Virus genome (UHGV): UHGV-0342795 | Strand: one strand, 5' to 3' | DNA from: a virus | Length of the DNA stretch: 43,959 bases | In this document: positions 17,399-23,183 of the stretch, piece after piece | Numbering within the stretch: position 1 is the stretch's first letter | Layout of the letters: every line of letters starts with the position of its first letter | Notes under the pieces: model-generated | What the model was told of the DNA's origin: nothing | Seen by the model: the letters and a program-made list of their open reading frames with translations, nothing else | Databases searched by the model: none | Program-made: the position numbers and the translations under genes

Positions 17399-18055
17399 TC
17401 AATCCTTTATGTTAAGCTCTTCGAACGCCTCGAAGAGGTTGGTGTACACCATGTCATCGGACATGGGATTCAACAAGGAGTAGACCCGCTTGTCATACTG
17501 GGACGCATCCCACTCGGGCTCACCAAAGAAGAACGAGCACTCCATGAAGCCAAGCGCGTCATCCGCCTTCGTAACAGCCAGATCAGGTGTCGCGTTGTAC
17601 TTGTCAAAGATCGCACGCTGAATCCTGTCTTCGCACTGAAGATACTCATAAGCGCACTTGAACGCCTCCCGGTTGCCTTCCTCAGCGACGTCCATGTATA
17701 CCTTGACAGCTCGTCTCACCGCCGTAACAATGTGGTTCTTCATGGGACGGATGATGTCCCCTGTGTACGCCTCCACCGCGTCATGCAACAGAACGGCTCT
17801 CAGGATGTCCGGAGCGGTGATACCTATGACATGCTTGGCATACGCCAGCGTAGCCAATGAATGCTGCCCCACACTATAATGGTAGGGGGTCGCGCCGTTG
17901 AAACGGCAGATGTGCGACAAGCTGTTGGCAATGTGCGCAAGGCTCAGGTTCGGTCCAAAGATCGCGTTCTCCGGATCATGGGTAGGCAAAGCCCAAAGGT
18001 TGAGTCTTACGCGTTCAGTTGTAAAGACACCGGGATAACAAGGTTGCTGGCTCAT
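17399..18055 (-). CDS. HD-domain phosphohydrolase (YfbR-like 5'-deoxynucleotidase family)
   Basis: The H...HD...D motif is H(SLATLAYAK)H ... LLHDAVEAYTGD. AGGAGA lies upstream of the ATG. Confidence 0.75.
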   Translation of the reverse strand: MSQQPCYPGVFTTERVRLNLWALPTHDPENAIFGPNLSLAHIANSLSHICRFNGATPYHYSVGQHSLATLAYAKHVIGITAPDILRAVLLHDAVEAYTGDIIRPMKNHIVTAVRRAVKVYMDVAEEGNREAFKCAYEYLQCEDRIQRAIFDKYNATPDLAVTKADDALGFMECSFFFGEPEWDASQYDKRVYSLLNPMSDDMVYTNLFEAFEELNIKD

Positions 18056-18561
18056 TTGCGTCTCCTAATTGCGATTTCTAACAGCACCTGTTGCGAGATT
18101 TCAAGTGCCGCTGTCAGCATAACCTTCGCTCTGGAAGGGTTCAATGCCAACATGTTGATGAAATTGTGTCCAGTTTTGAATATGATACTCAGTCGTTTTG
18201 GGTCATAGTCAAAGTCCTCTGGACAGTTGTCCTTGGGGCAGTCTGGCGAGAAGCAAGTGCGAGCGGGACACGTCACGTGAGGAAGTTCCAAGTACGCAAG
18301 GATCACGCTCACTGGCATGTTCGTGCTGAACAACCAAAGGATCTTACGTGCTTGATTGGCTGTACGAGCCTTGGAAAGGCAGTTGGTCAGGTGACCTTCT
18401 CGTATGCAAGCCTCCTGATACCGTCGCTTCTCAGCTCGTTTGGCGTCGCCTTCAACCTTCCCTACAAGACGTGCCATGCGTCTCCTGTCCTCTACTTCAA
18501 GGACTGCGGTTCCGGCTTTTGCAGGTGTAGTTTTGCGCTTCACGGCCTTTCGGGAAATCAT
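18052..18561 (-). CDS. Basic protein with a C-x4-C-x4-C-x4-C cluster (about 169 aa), first gene of the leftward operon
   Basis: The start is taken at the ATG 18561-18559, which has GGAGG upstream (the track start is a TTG). The N-terminus is Lys/Arg-rich. The cluster is TCPARTCFSPDCPKDNCPE. Confidence 0.5.
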   Translation of the reverse strand: MISRKAVKRKTTPAKAGTAVLEVEDRRRMARLVGKVEGDAKRAEKRRYQEACIREGHLTNCLSKARTANQARKILWLFSTNMPVSVILAYLELPHVTCPARTCFSPDCPKDNCPEDFDYDPKRLSIIFKTGHNFINMLALNPSRAKVMLTAALEISQQVLLEIAIRRRK

Positions 18562-18744
18562 AAAATGCCTCCTCAACTGATCAGGGCTTCTGGATTTTGG
18601 CCTTTGTGTGTAGTTTCACCTCCTGACGAGTTTTCGCAAAATTTCGAGGTAAGTTGTGCGATTTCAGTCGGTTACAACAAGCATCCAATCCGCGACTGCT
18701 AGGTACGGCAAATGCAGTGGATTTGGTGCGGTTGCGCTGAATTG

Positions 18745-18773
18745 TAAATGCACCAAAACGCACAAAAAAGCAA
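18745..18773 (-). promoter_or_regulatory. Leftward promoter (copy 3 of the phage promoter family, TTGCTT-N17-CATTTA)
   Basis: The minus-strand sequence reads aaaTGCTTGCTTTtttgtgcgttttGGTGCATTTAcaat. The -35 is 18773-18768 and the -10 is 18750-18745. It shares the extended consensus TGCTTGCTTT-N14-GGTGCAT with the two rightward copies. Confidence 0.5.
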
Positions 18774-18848
18774 GCATTTTCTTTCTCCTACAAGTTCAAT
18801 GGGTTACGCTGCGCAGGGATACCAATCCAGTTCTAGTCGGCTTCCCGT

Positions 18849-18868
18849 CAAAATTCCGATTTTGATTT
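18849..18868. repeat. 20-bp element caaaattccgattttgattt (copy 1) containing the palindrome CAAAAT-tccg-ATTTTG
   Basis: An identical 20-mer recurs at 19088-19107. Confidence 0.6.
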
Positions 18869-19087
18869 GTTCAATGGTTTTGCACGCTTACTTGTTTTTT
18901 TCCGCCTTGAAAAAAATCCGCCAGCTCCGCGTACAGTCAATTATTCCAGTGGGTTGCGGTTCAGAAACAGAAGGTTACATGACACTTCCGGAGCATTTCC
19001 CCTCTGTAATAAATTTTCAGAATCTTCACGTGAAAAAAGGATTGGTATCACATGCGCATGAAATCCATGCGTTATGGATACCGAGTA

Positions 19088-19107
19088 CAAAATTCCGATT
19101 TTGATTT
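19088..19107. repeat. 20-bp element caaaattccgattttgattt (copy 2)
   Basis: It is a direct repeat of 18849-18868, 239 bp away. Confidence 0.6.
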
Positions 19108-19128
19108 TCCCCCCGGAAAACGTAAAAG

Positions 19129-19142
19129 CTATTATATAATAG
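19129..19142. promoter_or_regulatory. Perfect 14-bp palindrome CTATTATATAATAG (contains TATAAT on both strands)
   Basis: It is self-complementary over all 14 nt. It lies in the non-coding control region. Confidence 0.4.
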
Positions 19143-19692
19143 TTGGGGATCTTCAATGATTTCGAGGGGTTTACTGTTTTCCGCTGATTTTACACTGACT
19201 CGGAAAAAAGGTGGGAAAGTACATTTTTTCGAGAAGCCCTGACGGACTGAACTCTCATCTCTTCAATCCAGATCTCGAAAAACAGTGGGGTTTTTGGTCA
19301 ACTCGCCCCGGTTCAGATAGATTAAGCTCTGGAAAATCCTAAAGCAAATCCGGTTCTTTCGGGATGAATCTTAAAAATCTGTCGGGGTGTTTAATCCATT
19401 GAACCCAAACCGCGAAGGGCGGAGCCATTGACCCTCCGCCGCCCACGTTGCGCCTTGCCGCCTCCCTACCATTAAAAAGGGACGCTCCGGAACCGTCCTG
19501 TCCCACGTCACGGGAGCGTGGGGCAGTCGAATGCACCCGCCCCCGCCGGGGGTCAAACGGCGTTCCGGCGTCGCCAGGTCAAGCTGTCCGTTGGAGCCAG
19601 CCGGAACCGCTTCCGCAAGTCCTACGATTGAAACGAAAAGTTGAAGCCTGAAAACTTTTTTGGAAAAAGTCCCAAAAATCCGAAAAAAGTGC

Positions 19693-19721
19693 TTGCTTTC
19701 TGTCTCGGAATCCGGCATAGT
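19693..19721 (+). promoter_or_regulatory. Rightward promoter P1 (TTGCTT-N17-CATAGT) with upstream A-tract (UP-like) region
   Basis: The sequence is aagTGCTTGCTTTctgtctcggaatccGGCATAGTgtc. The -35 is 19693-19698 and the -10 is 19716-19721. Phased A-tracts lie at 19640-19690. The first rightward gene starts 118 nt downstream. Confidence 0.5.
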
Positions 19722-19838
19722 GTCTTCAACGGGAGGGACGGTTCCACCACGGTGGAAAGGAAGGCCGCCCTCGTGTAGGTGCAGTATTGCGCCGGGGCGG
19801 AGGGCCTCCCGTCAAAACTACCTTTTAAGGAGACGCAC

Positions 19839-20450
19839 ATGAGTCAGACTGTTGCCCCCGCTTCCCGTCGTTCTCGTCGTACCCCCGTTGAACCTGTAAC
19901 CGCTCAGGAGAGCCCCATGTCCCAGATCGTCGTTGAAGACCTGACCGCTGAATCCGTTGCCCCCGTCACCTCCGCTGAACCCGAAACGACTGCCCCGAAG
20001 CGTGAAGTTTCCGAAGCGGCGAAGGCCGCTCTGAAGGAATACCAGGAAGCCTCTAAGAAGGCGAAGGCGTTCCTCGCTGAGGTGATCCTCGGCAAGCACC
20101 CCCAGCTCGTGCTCCCGAACGAAGTCCTGGAAGCGATTCGCGTTCTGGTTCCCATTCGCAATGCCAAGCAGGGTCATGCCGCTCCCCGGAACGCCAAGCA
20201 GCAGGTTCTGGACAAGCTCCTCGATCTGTTCATGGCGAACGACGGCAAGGTCACGCTGATGCAGGTGTTCAAGGAGTTCCGCATGGGTGAAGGCGAAATG
20301 CGCGTCCGCATGCGCAACGCGATCCACGACCGCAAGCCCGAAGAGCGCATGTGGATCACCTATGACTCGGATACCGAGACCTACACCTTGGAAGAGGTTG
20401 GCGTGAACCCACCCGCCGGATGGACTGGCACTCTTCCCAAGAACAAGTAA
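19839..20450 (+). CDS. Hypothetical protein (203 aa), highly GC-rich gene with a low-complexity N-terminus
   Basis: The ATG at 19839 is preceded by AAGGAGA. The N-terminal 60 aa are rich in Pro/Ala/Ser/Thr/Glu. The C-terminal approximately 130 aa are helical (RNAKQ repeated). GC is clearly higher than in neighbouring genes. A hairpin terminator follows. Confidence 0.6.
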   Translation: MSQTVAPASRRSRRTPVEPVTAQESPMSQIVVEDLTAESVAPVTSAEPETTAPKREVSEAAKAALKEYQEASKKAKAFLAEVILGKHPQLVLPNEVLEAIRVLVPIRNAKQGHAAPRNAKQQVLDKLLDLFMANDGKVTLMQVFKEFRMGEGEMRVRMRNAIHDRKPEERMWITYDSDTETYTLEEVGVNPPAGWTGTLPKNK

Positions 20451-20479
20451 ATCTCCTGTCTAACCCTAACCACTTCCCT

Positions 20480-20511
20480 AAAAGCCCCATGTGTACCTGC
20501 ATGGGGCTTTT
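20480..20511 (+). terminator. Rho-independent terminator
   Basis: A perfect 12-bp stem (aaaagccccatg with catggggctttt) has an 8-nt loop and is followed by a T-rich tract. It lies 30 nt after the stop at 20450. Confidence 0.65.
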
Positions 20512-20617
20512 CTTATGTGTAAGGACGCAAACAGCGCAAACCGTTGGAATTGTACAAGTTACTCCAAATTGCGATTCTGAGCGTCTTTTGCAGGGCAACG
20601 TAAGCCCATGCCTACCC

Positions 20618-20709
20618 CTGCCCCGGTTTGCCCGCCCCGTGCCGCTCCCTGCCCCGGCAAAGGGCAAATTCCTGCCCCGTCCCGCCCTGCCCCGTCCCGC
20701 CCTGCCCCC
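20618..20709. repeat. GC-rich iterons, five copies of CTGCCCC(G/C) including a perfect tandem 15-mer CCTGCCCCGTCCCGC x2
   Basis: Copies lie at 20618-25, 20649-56, 20672-79, 20687-94 and 20702-09. The tandem 15-mers are 20671-85 and 20686-700. The array lies immediately upstream of the -35 of promoter P2. Confidence 0.55.
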
Positions 20710-20719
20710 AACAAAATGC

Positions 20720-20748
20720 TTGCTTTTCCGCTCGGAATGGTGCATAAT
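20720..20748 (+). promoter_or_regulatory. Rightward promoter P2 (TTGCTT-N17-CATAAT)
   Basis: The sequence is aaaTGCTTGCTTTtccgctcggaatggTGCATAATggt. It shares the -35, the spacer motif ctcggaat and the -10 context with P1. The downstream ATG lies only 7-8 nt after the -10, so the transcript could be leaderless. Confidence 0.5.
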
Positions 20749-20755
20749 GGTTTCT

Positions 20756-21346
20756 ATGAAAGAATCCCGCGATCTTAATGCTCTCTTCTCTTGGCTCGAG
20801 AACCAGAGCAACTCATCTATAGCCGAGAACCTCTACAACCTATTGTATGAGGGCGGACTTACCGACGCTGAGAAGGAGTACGTCTATTCGATTGCTAATC
20901 GCAAGAGAGCGACGAACTCCACGCTCAGCGATGATGATATATTGACTGATGAGTTCCTTGAGATGTATGCTGAGTATCGTTCCCTTGGCTTGTCAAGCGA
21001 AGACGCTGCAGGACTCATTGGAATTTCTTCGGAGCGGATGAAGAGTCTGTTGCTTGGAGGAAACGTTCAGGACAGGCGTCGTCACGCTGAACTTCTCAAG
21101 ATTGAACGCAGGTCGGATCTTATCCTTAAGAAGACGTGCTTGACAACGATCGTGAGAGCGACTGAGAACGGAAATACCAAGACGGCTATGATGTTGCTTG
21201 AACGCAAGTGGCCTTCCGAATGGAGTAGCAAGGACGCTGGAGTCCAGACCAACGTGTTCGTGTCCACTGATGACTACGCTAAGAAGGCGCGTGCCGCGTC
21301 TGAACGCTTGAAGGAACTCAGGAGAATGCGCCGTGAGGAAAATTAA
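20756..21346 (+). CDS. Putative DNA-binding protein, possible small terminase subunit
   Basis: It is the first gene of the late/packaging unit. An HTH-like segment (SSEDAAGLIGISSERMKSLL) is present, with a basic helical C-terminus. The start is taken at the ATG 20756 because the ATG at 20747 lies inside the -10 hexamer. The function call is weak. Confidence 0.4.
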   Translation: MKESRDLNALFSWLENQSNSSIAENLYNLLYEGGLTDAEKEYVYSIANRKRATNSTLSDDDILTDEFLEMYAEYRSLGLSSEDAAGLIGISSERMKSLLLGGNVQDRRRHAELLKIERRSDLILKKTCLTTIVRATENGNTKTAMMLLERKWPSEWSSKDAGVQTNVFVSTDDYAKKARAASERLKELRRMRREEN

Positions 21347-21776
21347 CGATTTAATCGTTCATTGTGCTGCCACGTATGACACGATGGACATTGGCGTGAA
21401 GGAGATCCGTAAGGTTCACGTCGATGAAAACGGATGGAAGGACATTGGTTATCACTTCGTCATTCGTCGTGATGGAACCGTAGAGAAAGGCCGTGACGTG
21501 AGCGTTATCGGAGCCCATGTGCTCAATCACAACGCGAACTCCATTGGGATTTGTTTGGCAGGTGGCCTGAGCAAGAAGGACGGCAAGACTGTTAACTGCG
21601 TGAACTACACTCCTGAACAGTACAAGTCGTTGTATACGCTTTTGCTTAAGCTGAAGTCCGAATATCCTCATGCAGGTCTGCATGGGCATCAGGATTACGC
21701 CAACAAGTTCTGTCCTGGATTCGATGTTCGTGAATGGTGGACAGGCTACACTGGAAAGAAATGGGAGGACGTATGA
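21333..21776 (+). CDS. N-acetylmuramoyl-L-alanine amidase (T7 lysozyme/PGRP-like endolysin)
   Basis: IVHCAAT ... GYHFVIRRDGTV.KGR ... GAHVLNHNANSIGICL matches the Amidase_2 zinc-amidase signature. A GTG start is preceded by AGGAGA. Confidence 0.85.
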   Translation: MRKINDLIVHCAATYDTMDIGVKEIRKVHVDENGWKDIGYHFVIRRDGTVEKGRDVSVIGAHVLNHNANSIGICLAGGLSKKDGKTVNCVNYTPEQYKSLYTLLLKLKSEYPHAGLHGHQDYANKFCPGFDVREWWTGYTGKKWEDV

Positions 21777-22315
21777 AGCCCCTGAGTACGGTAGCGCGCT
21801 GGTTCTATTCGTTCGTGATGTTCTTCGCACTGATTGCCTTTAACGGCATGGCGTCGGGATGCACCAAGGACGAGGTGGCGTTGAACTCCTACAAAGTCCT
21901 TGAGTCTTCCAAGGTAACGTACTACGCGGTCATGCAGAGCGCAAGCGCGATGCACCAACGTGGATCCTTGTCGGACGATAAGTACGGAGAGCTCAAAGAC
22001 GCAGCTCTCATTTACGTTGACTCATATTTGATTGCAGTTTCGGCACTTGCGACTTATGCTGAGCTCAACGAGGCTGACAAGGGCCTCAACAAGGATGACA
22101 AGCGAGCCCTGCTGGAGCAGAAGGTCGATATTGCGACTAAAGGCTTCAACGAGTTCATCAAGAAGGCCATTCAGCTCGGGGTGGACGCGAAGGAGCTGAA
22201 GACGACCGCCATTGCCGACGGGAGTACAGTTCACAAGAACCTGAATACACGGGCGTCTCCGTTTGCTGACCACGTTACAAAGTCATGGATCAACCTTCCG
22301 GTAATGGGGAACTAG
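21773..22315 (+). CDS. Lipoprotein (spanin candidate)
   Basis: The ATG overlaps the amidase stop as ATGA, and GGGAGG lies upstream. There is a signal peptide with a lipobox (...LIAFNGMASGC TKDE). Its position directly after the endolysin fits a spanin. Confidence 0.55.
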   Translation: MKPLSTVARWFYSFVMFFALIAFNGMASGCTKDEVALNSYKVLESSKVTYYAVMQSASAMHQRGSLSDDKYGELKDAALIYVDSYLIAVSALATYAELNEADKGLNKDDKRALLEQKVDIATKGFNEFIKKAIQLGVDAKELKTTAIADGSTVHKNLNTRASPFADHVTKSWINLPVMGN

Positions 22316-22316
22316 C

Positions 22317-22478
22317 ATGAGCAAGCTCGACAAGAATGCAGTCCTTGAAATTCTGTTGCTGGCAATTCAGATTGGCGTTCCCGCCGTTAAGAAGCTGATC
22401 GAAGCGTGGGACAAAGACGAAATCACGCTCGAAGAAATTAAGGCGCTGGCCGATATAAAACGGCCAGATGAGTTCTGA
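22317..22478 (+). CDS. Small ORF (53 aa) with one hydrophobic stretch
   Basis: An ATG lies 2 nt after the preceding stop. The sequence is MSKLDKNAVLEILLLAIQIGVPAV.... It is shorter than the ORF-track cut-off and speculative. Confidence 0.25.
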   Translation: MSKLDKNAVLEILLLAIQIGVPAVKKLIEAWDKDEITLEEIKALADIKRPDEF

Positions 22479-22500
22479 GACTTGGTGATGGAGATAAGTA

Positions 22501-22851
22501 ATGAACGAACCTTTTTCCGCAGACTATATCTCCATCATCAAACGTCTTGTTCCCCTTATGCTCACGGGAGGAGTTATGGCGATCATTCTCCATTCCTCCG
22601 AGATAATGAACAAGCGTCCTTGGTTCCGGGTCGTTAGTGAAGCAATCTCGATTTTCGCAATAGGCTCAGCCGCCGCGTTCGTTTCAGCATTGGCGATTCC
22701 GTACTTGCCTTACATTGACAATCTGCCTGAGACGCATCTGCTGGTGGCTGCAATGGCGGGAGTAGGCGGTCAGAAGACATTTGACTTTGTCCAGAAGAAG
22801 GTCTTCAAGACATTGTATGGAATGGGTGAGGTGAAGGGGAGACCGCAGTAG
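22501..22851 (+). CDS. Putative holin (three predicted TM helices)
   Basis: The ATG is preceded by GGAG. There are three hydrophobic segments and a charged C-terminus (KKVFKTLYGMGEVKGRPQ). It lies in the lysis cassette. Confidence 0.45.
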   Translation: MNEPFSADYISIIKRLVPLMLTGGVMAIILHSSEIMNKRPWFRVVSEAISIFAIGSAAAFVSALAIPYLPYIDNLPETHLLVAAMAGVGGQKTFDFVQKKVFKTLYGMGEVKGRPQ

Positions 22852-22853
22852 TG

Positions 22854-23078
22854 ATGGAAGATAAATTACTGGAAGCTCTGAAGTGGGCGTGTCATATCGC
22901 GAATATCCAAAAGATATGCGAGAACTGTTCAAACGAGGAGTTTGAGGCTTGTCAAGCCCAATGTGCCGCTGAGAACAAGATGAGCCCTTCCAGAGCGTAT
23001 AACCGCAAGAAGGTTGAATGCAGATTAAGACTCGCGCTTGCCCATGTTGGATTGGATGTGCGCGATCTTTATAAATAG
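22854..23078 (+). CDS. Small Cys-containing hypothetical protein (74 aa)
   Basis: The start is taken at the ATG 22854 (the track start is a GTG at 22851). The motif CENCSNEEFEACQAQC is present. Confidence 0.35.
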   Translation: MEDKLLEALKWACHIANIQKICENCSNEEFEACQAQCAAENKMSPSRAYNRKKVECRLRLALAHVGLDVRDLYK

Positions 23079-23115
23079 GCGCAAGCCACGCATCGCTCAG
23101 CGTCTCCAAGAGCGA

Positions 23116-23180
23116 GGTTCCCCTAGATCTATGTGTAAGTGAGGGAATCCATTTGCATGTAGGCGGGGCCTAGGGGAACC
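23116..23180. promoter_or_regulatory. Perfect 11-bp inverted repeat GGTTCCCCTAG ... CTAGGGGAACC flanking a 43-nt spacer, immediately upstream of terL
   Basis: The left arm is 23116-23126 and the right arm 23170-23180. The right arm overlaps the terL ribosome-binding region (ATG at 23184). Confidence 0.5.
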
Positions 23181-23183
23181 ATT

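Noticed and set aside
18748-19104. 118-aa plus-strand ORF in the control region
   Set aside because: It spans both palindromic 20-mers and the A-tract repeats and has no SD. It lies upstream of the first rightward promoter and its sequence is low-complexity. It is far more likely a regulatory/origin DNA region.
19385-19650. tRNA or attP with tRNA 3' fragment in the GC-rich segment
   Set aside because: A GTCGAAT stretch is present but no flanking 5-bp T-stem or 7-bp acceptor complement could be drawn. There is no integrase gene anywhere in the window.
19339-20359. ORFs 19339..19536(-), 19371..19718(-), 19448..19651(+), 19818..20327(-), 19904..20167(-), 20174..20359(-) in the GC-rich region
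   Set aside because: High GC lowers stop-codon frequency so these arise by chance. There are no ribosome-binding sites. They overlap a structured non-coding segment or are antisense to the well-supported 19839..20450 gene.
20420-20755. Upstream extension of the ORF 20420..21346 (110 extra N-terminal codons)
   Set aside because: The extension covers the terminator hairpin, the CTGCCCCG iterons and the P2 promoter hexamers. Its translation is Pro/Ala/Arg-rich low complexity. The start was placed at the ATG after the -10 element.
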